From positions 170,684,322 to 170,717,652 of the forward strand of contig NC_068982.1 of the NCBI RefSeq assembly GCF_001194135.2: a stretch of DNA of 33,331 nt, given 5' to 3'. The notes under the pieces were generated by a model. It searched no databases. It was given only the letters and a program-made list of their open reading frames with translations, and had not been told where the DNA came from. Origin of the DNA: Octopus bimaculoides (lineage: Eukaryota). The position numbers and the translations under genes are program-made. Below are positions 1 to 12,399 of this stretch, piece after piece; position 1 is the first letter of the stretch; every line of letters starts with the position of its first letter.

Positions 1-360
1 CCCGTATGAAAAAAAGTCCCGTGTGGAGGGATTACGGATTTGACTGCTGTTTCTGAATTTTCAGTATGTTGGAGAAGCAACTCAATTGCTAATCCCTTAT
101 ATTTATGATGATAAATGGTCTTACCGATAAAGGTTTATTTCATACTGAACTACTTGGCAAAATTGTTAATTGTTAATTCTATTATTAATTGACGATTCCC
201 TGCCCTCATTTCTTGTATATATATATATAGATAGATATGCAGAGTCTTATGTCAGGTTTTTTTGTGAATATAGGTTCGTAATATATGATCGTAATGATGA
301 ATCATATATCTATATCTATATGTATATACATGTCTTTGTGTTTGTTTGTTTGTTTGTCTG

Positions 361-423
361 TATGTGTGTGTGTGTGTGTGTATGTGTGTGTGTGTGTGTG
401 TGTGTGCGTGCGCGCGCGTGTGC
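361..423. repeat. (TG)n/(CG)n microsatellite
   Basis: Direct reading of the tandem dinucleotides; explains the VCVCVC ORFs at 170-518. Confidence 0.95.
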
Positions 424-956
424 ATATGAATATAAGTATGTATATATATTTAGATTACGCTGAAATTCTTAGGTCTTATCAGGAGAGCCCAAGGCGAAAT
501 GTTACTTTCGAAGAATGAACCATAATTGCTTACTCCTCTATGTTTCTAATATATTTAGTATCAATATTTTATTTCCTACTCATATATTTTATCTTTGGTC
601 ATATATATATATATNNNNNNNNNNNNNNNNNNNNNNNNNNNNNNNNNNNNNNNNNNNNNNNNNNNNNNNNNNNNNNNNNNNNNNNNNNNNNNNNNNNNNN
701 NNNNNNNNNNNNNNNNNNNNNNNNNNNNNNNNNNNNNNNNNNNNNNNNNNNNNNNNNNNNNNNNNNNNNNNNNNNNNNNNNNACTGTTATATGGTATATG
801 TAATAGTAACATGCAATTTGGAAATGAATATGCGTGTATGTCTCTGTTTCTGTATATCCATCAGGAAGAAGTTTTAAACACCTTCTATCACGTATGTGTG
901 CGATTCGTGTGCGAGTTGTATAAAAATGTTATATGTATGTGTGTACGTATGAAATA

Positions 957-1007
957 CACACACACACACTCACACACACATACACACACAGACACATATT
1001 TATATAT

Positions 1008-1058
<51 letters not shown>
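957..1058. repeat. Compound (CA)n/(TA)n microsatellite
   Basis: Direct reading. Confidence 0.95.
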
Positions 1059-3122
1059 ATAATTTCTAAATTGCGTACTCGCGCATGTGTTTATTTTGTA
1101 TGTGCTTGGTCGTGTAAGTCTGTAGCGATTATTTTTATGTTCGTCTAGCTTGACTTCTATAGGAGAAGATTCACAATAATAAATCTTATGTGTAACGTTG
1201 ATTTGTTAATTAGCTTTCGCTGGTGGTCTCACCAATATGATATATGTGATAAAAGCTATTAGAATCTTTTTCACAGTCATACAGAAACAGAGAGATATAC
1301 ACACTTGCACGTATTAACTCCCGTTCGTATGCCTATGTAATTCTTCGGTTGTTTTGTTGCTTATGTGTGTGCTTGCATTGCTATTTTATGCATAGGCATC
1401 TTTGTATCTGGTTGTTCCTTCTGAGTTAGAAGTGTCTCAAATAGAACTAGCCAACTTTCATTTTGATAGACGAACAGATTTAAGGAATCTAGTTATAGTG
1501 ATCTCCATATAGTGTTTATATGCACAGCTAGAGATATAATTAGAGTATAACTGTAAAATAGATATGAATAATAACATTGATTCTTTTGTAGTTTGTTGAC
1601 AATTAATAACAGTTGATCTATATTGCAATCATTTTGTGGATGACACCCACTTATACATCCCAACACAAACACACGTGCAGGAATAAAAATATATTTCTTT
1701 TATGTTGGAATTGTCCGGAGGAAGATGTTGTTACCCATGGACTTAGCAGGGTTTTTGAACGCGTTGAAACAAAAAAAACAAAAAAAACAGGCGAACGAAA
1801 TTAAATATCAAAAAAGATCCCTGTTTAGCTGGATTTTAGCCTGGGCTTTCACGTAATCGAAGGATTTGTATCCGGAACAGGAGCATTCTTGAATCATAAT
1901 TTGAATTTCCTTAAAGAAGATGAAGTTGTTTCCCTTGACTGAGCCCTCGGAGTTCATATCATAAGCATTTTACTTGCGAAAATACCACCGTTGTTGTAGC
2001 GTACGTTTCGTAATTAATAATAGGTTCTTCTCTACTCCGATCCTTCAACTACCAGGTGTATAAATAAATTCTGTTTGTTCCGGTTTCTGACCAGCTAGGC
2101 ATGTTGTGTATATCGAAGTTTGTATTAACTAAGTTTTTGACAATCCCATATATCTTATGTTCAATCAGTGACTGATAAACAGTTCTACATTTCCTTTTTT
2201 ATTTTATTCTTAGTAGTTGTTACTAACAGAACAATTCGAATCTTACTGATGTTTGTGCATAGTTTTGGCTGGCACTTCATTATGATTGCAATTTTATTTT
2301 GCCAAAACAACAATAGGTAATATTAGCAAACTCCATGTTAAAGATTTTATAGAATTGTGTATTCATCAAGTTGTGAATGCACTTATCTATATTTTTGGAC
2401 GCCTTTATGTCCTAGAGCGAATTATACTGTACTATTGTTATGTTATCTTCACTTGTACATAAAGATCGAGGGAAAATGAATGGTATTACAATATAAATGA
2501 TCTGAGATTGTTATTTTTTCAACTTGAAATATTTCATAATCTTGGAAAATAAAAATTAAGTTTAAATTCCACAGCCATTTTAAGACTTTCTGCCAATAGT
2601 TGTCTATTGTTTTTAGAGTATGCGACATTTTATGCTATTTATTGCATTTGTTGCTGAAGTAGTTCGTAGAATTCGAAATTGTGGCGGTTGAGAGCGCGTT
2701 CCTTTTATTTTTATTAGTTTGACATCTATGGATATATTACTGCTATAAATGCAGAAACTGCAATACGAGCAGAAACTGCAATACATCACCGTTCGTCGAA
2801 TATTATCTCACCTGAAATTGAATGTATATTCAAAATATATCCAATTTTGTGTCTACACGTTACACAAGTTCTTACGCTTGGTTCAGCACTGCAAAATACT
2901 GCATAAGAACGTGATATTTTTTAACCAGGTGTATCAAATGTATTGTTGATTTAATAAAGTAAATGGCTGAAATGCTTGAATACTGACAGGGAGAAAATCT
3001 AATCTACTTAACAACTTCTGATGCAGTATCCTTAATCCGAAAGCGCTAATGTATGTTAAGTCATACTTAGCCGAAAAACTAACAACAAGGCTATACGCAC
3101 ACCACACGTCACTAGGTAGGTC

Positions 3123-3170
<48 letters not shown>
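3123..3170. repeat. (CTAT)12 tetranucleotide microsatellite
   Basis: Perfect array read directly. Confidence 0.95.
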
Positions 3171-3412
3171 TCAGCTAGCTTAAAACAGACAGACCTTAAA
3201 AGAAGAAAAAATTAACTTTAAAACCTTAAAACTTTAAAAACTTTAAACATTTGTTCTTTAAAACTTTGAAATTCTATAACTTCATGTCTCTCAAGAGTTA
3301 AATAAACAAAATTCCGAGATTCGTAGAGAATTCTCTGAGAACTTGGATTTTTTTATTTTAATTTAAACCCAAAAGATTTTTTGGTAATTTTTGTCTCGTC
3401 TCAATAGAGATC

Positions 3413-3780
3413 TTTTTTTTTTTTTTTTTTTTTTTTTGTGGGGATGGTATTTATTAAAAACAAACATCCTGGTAATTTCTGCATTGTTGCAAAACTTCTT
3501 TTTCAAAGGTTTCCTAACAGTTCGTGTAATCTATTAAAACCTAACCCTTTCACAGTGTCTCAGGTTTTCATTTTTCGTTTTCATTTTTCAATTGTTACTT
3601 TCTCTTGTTCATTTTCTCCTGTCTTGTTCATAAGTGCTTTGACTTATATTAACTTCCCTTTATTTCTCTTAACTTAGCTAAGTGTTCCCTGTTTTATTTT
3701 GTTACTATACTTCACTCCCCCCTTTCACCTTCTCAACCTCTCCTACTAACGGCGTTACCATTTTGTCTCTCTGTACTAAG
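3413..3780 (-). other. Candidate polyadenylated retroposed fragment (A25 tail on the minus strand)
   Basis: T25 at 3413-3437 and TTTATT at 3450-3455, so the minus strand reads AATAAA, 12 nt, A25. The 5' boundary and TSD were not identified. Confidence 0.35.
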
Positions 3781-5212
3781 TCTGTTTTTTTTTTGTGAAG
3801 TCAGTTGTTTAGCAGATGTAAAACTCTTTTGACTGTGTAGATACATTAAGTAGTATATATCGATGGCTATTTAATTTAGGAATTTCATTCATTAGTGACA
3901 GTATATTTTATGGTAAACTATATTGAAACCACTAATATATTAGCACATACACATTTAGAATTGTAGTCCTTATCTTTGGGCATGTTGTTACAATTTTGAA
4001 AGTTAACTGTATAAAACGATGCAGCTATCGAGGAAAGGAAGTAACCAAGTGAGCAACCAACACGTTTTATGTAACCTCTATCTTAAACAGAATAGTGAAA
4101 ATAAGCAATATTTTTCGGAAAATCAAAACGATTCCTTTTAATATTTCTGTGATAAGTATTCTAGCGATAGGACATTCTTTCGTACTTATAGAAACAATTA
4201 TAAGCAAAGAAGCAAAACAAAACATGCTTACACTCACAAATACATTAAAGCTTGCATGCATACATACATATATAAATACAAATATGCAACACAAAAAATA
4301 TCATATATATTGTGGCAACACCATATGTGAGTATGGAATAATAATGAATTATAAGCTTAACAGTTCTTTCACATATTGCTACATTTGAAAACCACGCCAC
4401 GTGGCATTTTACACGCCATACCTACACGCACAAGCATATATACTGTCAGTTAGACACACACATGTGCATTCTAGATAGTGCACTTACTCGTTTATACTTA
4501 CGCTGTTCAGAAACTTCCACGCTAGTTAGGCGTTCTTCAGATTCTATTTTATTAATATATATTTTAATATAACTAGTATTAAGCTAATCACTATCTACTG
4601 ATTATTAAAGCTCTTTCAACGTAAAAATAAACCGTTTAATTTAAATAGCAAATTTCCCAAAGGTAACATGGAGTTTTAGTTTTCGTTTACTGCTAATGGA
4701 CTGGAATCTTAAAAGTTGTATTAATCCTCTTTGTTCAATCTTGGAGAGCAGATATTTTGATACGAAGCCAAATGCAGATATTGAAAACGAAAATTACCAA
4801 GTGCATCAATGTCTTCATACGCGAAATATATAATCGGTATCATGTGTTAGTAAATAGTTTTTATTAATATTTGATATTAAATTGAAGATAGAATTTTCAA
4901 AGATAATAACAAGAAATTTAGTTTAGATATATGATGTTAGAAGTTAAATATCAAATTCGTTGCATACTTCGTATGACTGAATTTCGAGATGCATTACCTG
5001 CTCAATAACAAAAATCCAAAACAAATTTACCTATATCATTAAAGTTCATTAGCAATGAAATAAGCAGTCCTAGTCTTAATTGTCATCGTTCAAATGTCAT
5101 AAAATTCAGGTCTTTGTAGGAAGCAATTATTTCTCTCCCGAAAGGTGAGGTAAGCGAACACGTGTTTAAAAACGTGTTATTTCCCAAATGCTACCATTGT
5201 TGATCTGAAACA

Positions 5213-5231
5213 TAATACATACATACATACA

Positions 5232-5267
<36 letters not shown>

Positions 5268-5279
5268 GAGAGAGACATA

Positions 5280-5347
<68 letters not shown>

Positions 5348-5445
5348 TATGTTCATACATACATAACATCGATGCAGACATTCATATGCGGACACACACA
5401 CACACACGCACACACGTACACACACACACACACAGACACACACAA
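5213..5445. repeat. Compound (TACA)n-(GA)n-(TA)n-(CA)n microsatellite
   Basis: Direct reading; explains ORFs 5166-5443. Confidence 0.95.
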
Positions 5446-7286
5446 ATAAATGTGTGCGTGCGTGTAACTTTACTCATATCATTGTCTCTTTTGATCTTTA
5501 CATTGTTGATATTTATAAGTACTTTGATGTAGTATCTTGCCGTCGTCATTACATTTAGAAAACCAGTGACTTATTTGCCATAGATTTTCAGTTAAAATTG
5601 AGTTTGCGTTTCGCTCACATTCTTGGGAATTATCTCTGCTATTTTTGTTTTACTTTAACTCTGTTCACCTACTTGTCCAGAATAATTACCAGATGTGCTA
5701 AAATTGTGGAGCCAAAGAAGAGATTTCACCAGGAATGTAACCCGATGTACCACTTTATCCGTTCTCTCTTGCTGAATAAGTGACGTGTGTTATAACTGAG
5801 GTTTAATTATCCATTCCGCATGTAACTAATCACTCGTTGAACTCTATCTACTCTGGCGAGAAATCGCCCATATTGCTTCTTTCTACTACTATTAATGAAA
5901 GGTTTGACGTGTTTTCTACATATTATTTTTTCTTGTTACGACAGGTAGATATTCACTGAAACACCTTCAGGTCTTTATTAAAAAGTCAGTTTTTGTTTCT
6001 GTCAAATTTTGTTCACTATTTACTTTTTATAAGTGACATTTGTATATTTCTAAATTGAATGACAATGAATTTGTAATACATTCATGCTCTACACGTGAAG
6101 TTAGTAAAACTTTATCTTTTAACCATTCTTGAATATAATTAATGCAGTCTTTTGTCTTTCTTGTAATTATGGTTGCAGCTGTATCATATCTGTTATTCGA
6201 TGATAACCTTAAATCGAACCATTTTCAGTGTTTCTGATAGCACCTTGTATATACATGTTGTGTCATTTCTGTATGCAAACGTAGTCATACAATTGAGAGA
6301 TTTATTCTTGTTCGACTAGAAATTTGTAGCAGCATCAGTCGACTGGTTGTCAAGGTAGAGAATTGCCATACCAGAAACCAGATTACGAATTAATTTTCCT
6401 CGTAAAAGTTAATGGTTAAACAAAATACTTCAGTATTCACTTGATCCAATTTTTTGTTCTAATTTTCCTCTCAATTATAGTACCCGACACATTGGACCTT
6501 TTTCATTTCAAAATAGGAATCGATAACAACCCAAGGAAAATGGTTTGGTAGAGTTGGTGGAATCTAACAAAATTCTCTTTCCTAGTTAATTTACATCCTT
6601 TTCCTATCTCAGTTTGAGACCTGCCAACGTTGCCGAAAATATATGATGAGTACAGGCTAACAATCAAAATAATCGACTGTTCGTAATGCGACAATAATCA
6701 AATCACTATATTATAACACATCAACAGCAATAACAACAATACTGTTGCAAATAAAATAAGTATTGGCTTTTGTATTGCATCAATGACAATATTTCTTGAT
6801 TGGTAAAAAAAACTAATTTATTATTGGTGCATCTTTTGTCAAAACGGAAATAATGGATATAATCGACAGTGGTATTAAAACACATTTCACCTATAAAATG
6901 AAAAAATGAAAACAGTATTCATTTCAACAGTCCACACTTCTACTTACTACGAAGATTCGATGAACTTAAATTAGTAATGGCATACATAAAAGCATATATA
7001 AAATATTATGAGGGTGCAAGTAACGAACTTTTGATACAGGACGCAGATTTTGGAAGGTGATCGATTCAAACATTGCAGTACATATCTAGTACACTTTTAT
7101 TGACTCCGTTGAGAACAGTATCAATATCATCAATAGAATTATATGTATCTTATAATTAGAGGCGAAAAAGATCATTGATAAATAAAGGTAAACTTTTCAT
7201 ATCAATATTACTAAACTAACATATATAAATTACGAACGCACTTGACAAATATATTAACAATATCAATAATTATATTTTTTAAAACC

Positions 7287-7288
7287 AC

Positions 7289-7321
<33 letters not shown>

Positions 7322-7329
7322 TGTCGTCG

Positions 7330-7364
<35 letters not shown>

Positions 7365-7383
7365 GTCGTCGTTGTCGTCGTTG

Positions 7384-7467
<84 letters not shown>
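7287..7467. repeat. Compound trinucleotide array (CAT)n-(CGT/TGT)-(CAT)n-(CGT/TGT)n-(TAT)n
   Basis: Direct reading; explains the poly-I/M/D/N ORFs at 7211-7586. Confidence 0.95.
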
Positions 7468-7747
7468 CATTGAGCGGCAGATTTGTTAGAGAGGCATACA
7501 TGTCTCATAATACTTATTCCAGCTTACTTTCTGAATTTAAATACCACCGAACTGAACTTAACTTTCATCCTTCCAGTAGCTGTTAAAAAAAAACAAAAAC
7601 TATTGAACTCCTGACGATATTAAAAAAAAAAGCCCCAGTTTTTGTGCCCAACACTAGTTTCTGGCTTCCGTACCTATGCTAGAATTGATCGTAAGTGCAA
7701 TGGATCGTCGGATCATTATAGCGAAGGGTCTGATCGGCTCTTTAAAT

Positions 7748-7860
7748 TCAGAATTGGAATCCTACTGCCGTCAAGTTTTCTTTTCATCATTTCGGAGTCT
7801 ATAAAATAAGAGTCAACTGTTGTTGATTATTTAATCTACTAACACTCCCTTCACCTCCAG
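7748..7860 (+). mobile_element. Degraded tRNA-derived SINE copy
   Basis: GTCAAGTTTTCTTTTCATCATTTCGGAGTCTATAAAATAAG aligns by eye with the core at 19506-19546 and 21928-21968. Confidence 0.55.
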
Positions 7861-8699
7861 TCGTAGTACCGAACTGGTATAAAGCAGCTAGTCATTTAGA
7901 TACTACAGAATTAAAGAATGATATTTTGAGGGAGTCTACGAGCAGATGTGTCAGCATAACTATTCCACCAGACTTTTTTAATAAAAAAAGTCGGCACATC
8001 TGTACTGTTGCGTTCAAATATATATAAGTAACAGAGTTGTCTTGTTGATAAACGACACACGCAGAAGTCAATGAGTACCAAAAGGAGAGCTTGAGACCAA
8101 ATTCTATAAAAGATGATATGGTTCGAGCGAGGAGCAATTAAAATGAATACCATGGACAAGAGAACATTTTATCTTCATTTCATCTGATAGTAGCATGTGT
8201 CTGTATTAAGTGAACGTGATGGATAAGACAACTGAGATAAATATCTGGTAGCTGTTTGTTACTGTGCTGTAATTTAAACGTGATGAAGAGCACCTCATAC
8301 ATGTACGAACGTTTCACATGAAGAACTAGTCGAGGAGTTGAATAGATTTCCTGGCACTGACAGATCGGGAATGTGTGGAGAAAATGCTTGACTTATTCTA
8401 CCAAACAATAGGCAACGGATTTTGGAAGTGGATGGTAGAATGCCTTTAGTCAGATGCCCCTTATGAGGTACCAATTACAATTTCAGGGTTTACTACACAG
8501 AATATCAGGCAGAAGAAGTATGACCATAATGCCTCCTCAGTCCGTTGTCACAAATACAACAAAGACTGTTATCAGGAGCAAAAACAGCAACTACAGCAAC
8601 AACATCAATGGTAATAATAGCAAAAAGAACAATAGCAATGGCCGCTCCAAGACCACCATCAACCACTTTGAACTGAATCTTCATTAACGGCACAGAAAC

Positions 8700-8755
8700 A
8701 GTAATTCTATAGTAATTCTATAGTAATTCTATAGTAATTCTATAGTAATTCTATA
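8700..8755. repeat. 11-bp minisatellite (AGTAATTCTAT)x5
   Basis: Five exact units read directly. Confidence 0.95.
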
Positions 8756-11700
8756 AGTGGACGTGGCACCAACACTTACAAAATGTCTCTCAGATTTGCT
8801 TTCGTTACCTGCAAATCACAAACAAAAGCATACATGCGAAGACGTACGACCTTTCTCTGCTTTAGCATCATCTGATCCAGATAACTCATCATGTCTTGCA
8901 TGAAGAAACCAGAGAAAGTTGATAAGGCAGCAGCTTTTTTGTCCAATGAAATAGGCACTGACACTGTCAAACCCAAAACTGCAACTCAAAAATTAATAAA
9001 GAAAACATTTTGCTAAGCTCCTTGAGCATGTCAGCAAGACCATGAAAAACCCCACCTTGTTTTTTTTTTTTTTGAATGCTGTTAACCAAGAAACACATTA
9101 ACCAGCTGATAGATATGACTTCCAGTGCATTCATCGAGTAGAACTAACCCCTAGTTGATTAGCCGAAACGCAATCTCGAATAGTTGCGGTATCGTCACTG
9201 ATATAGGAGTCAGAGTCATTGCATCTCTTACTCGAGCTTTTTAGATAGTTTTCAGATACTTAAGAACTGTAACATACTGACATTTAATTTAGACGCGAAA
9301 TAAAATCTTGTGTACACACTATTGTCAGAACAAATAATCGGTGACAGTAAGACTTGGCATCTGTAGCGGTTTTAATGCTCTTAAGAGTTTATTGTTTATT
9401 CAGAGAAATGCTGGCTACCAATATCAATTTTACACTAGACAGTTGTAACAGGTTGGAAAAAACAAATCAGAAACTACAACTTATGGGTTATCATCAGACG
9501 GGAAACCCAGAAACTTCATTTAGTTCGTGATCAGAGATATTGCGGTACTAAATCATTTCCCTAATAGGAGCAAGATTATGCTTTGTAGTGCTGGCAGTTT
9601 GCTGAAAGACTGAACTACAAAAGATGCCTATAAAGAAAATGTAACATGAACAAATTATACCAACCTGTAGCGAGGGACTACACAATTAATGGGTGTCCTA
9701 TGATCATTTAACATGCGTGTAATATGCTAAAGGTTGAATAAAGAGTTATAACATCTACATAGAATTATACATATTTAGATGTAGCAAAATAGTTATTATT
9801 AAAGAGGAATTTCATTCTATCAGCATCAAACCGAAATGTTCTTAATTCTATCAACAGTACCAATTTGTTCAACTATAAAATCTATGATTAGTTGTTTCCT
9901 GAGGTATTCCCTACGGATTACTGACGAATTATTCCCTCTTGCTAAATAGGTATAAGTGCTGTTATGCCTACTGAAAAATTCTAGCTCACATTCAGAGCCA
10001 CAATGATAGAGAAACATCAGCGCTAAAATATCAGTTTCTACTCTATCAAACTTCAAAGATCTCTGACAAACCTTCTGCTTCTTTTCCTCTTCATCAGTCT
10101 CTAGGCTCCTTAATTCTGCCATTCAACCATCGCCTGGCTACATTTCTATGATAAATATCGACCTGAAACTGAAGCAGAGTAATGGTCTGGGCTAGCTTGC
10201 GAGTAATGTAGGCAAAATCATTTCTCCTGAGTCCAAAACATATAGGGGAATAATACAGTTTGTTTGTATACACAAGTTTCACTCTATTCACTTCATATCG
10301 GATATGGTAACATTATTCACTTGACAGAAAAGAAGTTATAATTTTTACTGCATCAATATGTAATCTATGGTGAAAATAATACATTTTATAGACATATATT
10401 TCGTTTGTATAAGCACATATTATTGAATTATTAATATCCATCTCTCATAAACTTTAAGGGCTTATGTTGATTCTGGAATTATATCTCGCCTTTAATTGGT
10501 TTCCAGCATACTTGAGTATTTTGATATCGAAAAACAGATGTAGCAATTACTTTATGTGTGTGTGGGGGTGGGTGGGGGGTGGTAGAGTGTGTGTGTATGT
10601 GAATAAGGAAAGCAAACTGCGGAAATACCAATAATATCAATATTTATGTAAGACAAGTCAAGCATCAGGTTTTTAAAGCGACGTTTTACACGTTAAAATA
10701 TACATATGAACTACCAGCAGTTATGTCAGAGAGATATTTTCTTATTTTAAATAATCGTATTATGCTATAGTTAAGTACTGAAATATACGTGTAACGTGAC
10801 TAGATCTGACTTAAGGTTTATTTTATTCCTGAGTTCGTCTGATGATCTGAAACACATTCATGTTAATATTATGAGAGTCAAAGATGTAAAAGAACGCCGT
10901 CATTGACAAAAAGAACATCAAAGAAGTTTATGGAAATATTGTATAAGCCAGCAAGTGTCAGCAACCATATTTATTCTCTTCCGCTCGATTTGGCTACAGA
11001 CCTGACTATGGAAATTGCCAGCGGAGTGAAATCAATGTTGGTGCTTGTAAAGAGGTTGTGGAGTGTAAGTATAGACAGCACAAAAGTTGGATGTTAGGAG
11101 ATGAAACGCTACAAAAACATCTATATGTTGTGAAAAAAATCTATAAATCAGTTGTTTGAAGGCTGACAGATTTTATCGTATTTTATCTTATTTTCGACCA
11201 CATTCCACTTTACTCATCCTTTTATTTTCTTTCTTTTATTGAATCTACCCGTATTACGCCGTTTCTTCTTCCCAGGGATTAAAATACGAAATTCACATCA
11301 TCAATATATCTTGGAATATAAAATGAAAACATATCTAAATCAATTTTTTATATTTCAAAACATGAACGCATTTATAGCAATCGTGGCTTCTAGATTTCAT
11401 GGCAACGAACTTATCGTACTGTATTTAAACTGAATGATTTGGTCAGGTAAATATGTATTATACCTTAAGCAAGTTATTTCATGTAAGCATTTTTCTTTGG
11501 CAATGTAAAGAAATATATTGACAGACATAATCTTCGAAGGATACTAAAACAGATAAAAAAAAAACATTTTGAAGACCGAATGTCAATGATATAGGAGGAA
11601 AGTTTCGTTGACTGAAAAGAACAACGCTGTTACTCATAATAAGCTATAAGAATTGAAGTTAGAGTGAACTTAGTAAGCACAACTGTTGTAGTCAGAGCGT

Positions 11701-12399
11701 TGGAGTTGCTATTTTATTCTTATATATCTATAAGTCAGTCACAAGAAGAAATGCTGCGCCCATGAAGAAAGTGGGAAGGTATCCGCAGATCAGAAACCAG
11801 TCCTTAAATGCTTGCAACACAGTTGATTCCGATAAAATCATTCAAGTGCCATTTGGTGAAGTTAAGTAGAGAGATGGATTCAGTGAATTACTCAAGAATA
11901 AGGTGGTGATTGCAAGGGGCTTCCGTACAATTTGAATATGGAAAATTTAACTTACTCGATTCTGGTCGAAATTATGTTATGGTAGAATGCCTTTGTCCAA
12001 CGTAGATATGGAGCCGGTTTCTCAACCGTCTAGCTGTGCCTATAGCTATACAATCTCAGTTGTCTTTAGAGAATTAAACTGTTTGCTACAAAACCTGATA
12101 TTCGCAAGGACATGAATATTAGATATATCAAGTAAAGTGGAGTTGAGTGCACTTTCTGCTACGTTTACAGAGATAGCAACTCAAGCGCTTAGTATGTTTA
12201 CATAGCAAAAAACTGCTTTCCATCTAAATTGAAACATACATTTTGTAAGGGACTACAAAAGTACAAAATTTACTGCTATGTATTTTAAAATTTGGTGGTA
12301 TATACCTACTAATATACACTGAAAAGGACAGAATTAGTGTGTCAGCTATGTAACAAATTTGTTTTCAATGTTGGGCTGAATAAAGAGGATTAATATCAA

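Noticed and set aside
451-518. Possible terminal exon DYAEILRSYQESPRRNVTFEE*
   Set aside because: The acceptor lies in an (AT)n tract without a pyrimidine run, and I recognise no homology.
170-1148. ORFs rich in VC/YI/HT repeats and X runs
   Set aside because: Translations of dinucleotide microsatellites and N gaps; the same applies to the ORFs at 22087-24262 and 26158-29175.
2751-2784. GCAGAAACTGCAATAC repeated twice at 18-bp period
   Set aside because: A simple local tandem duplication; two units only, not a CRISPR array or satellite.
7007-7030. TATGAGGGTGCAAG resembling a mariner TIR start
   Set aside because: No matching opposite end or convincing transposase motifs found.
10563-10582. 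G-rich tract as a G-quadruplex
   Set aside because: Only three runs of at least 3 G; it is a G-rich variant within a (GT)n tract.
11740-11940. RT-like words (NACNTVDSDKII, LQGAS)
   Set aside because: Too weak, with no downstream YADD-like motif recognised.
8432-11994. Exact 16-mer ATGGTAGAATGCCTTT at 8432-8447 and 11979-11994
   Set aside because: The flanks do not extend the match; compatible with chance or a tiny repeat remnant.
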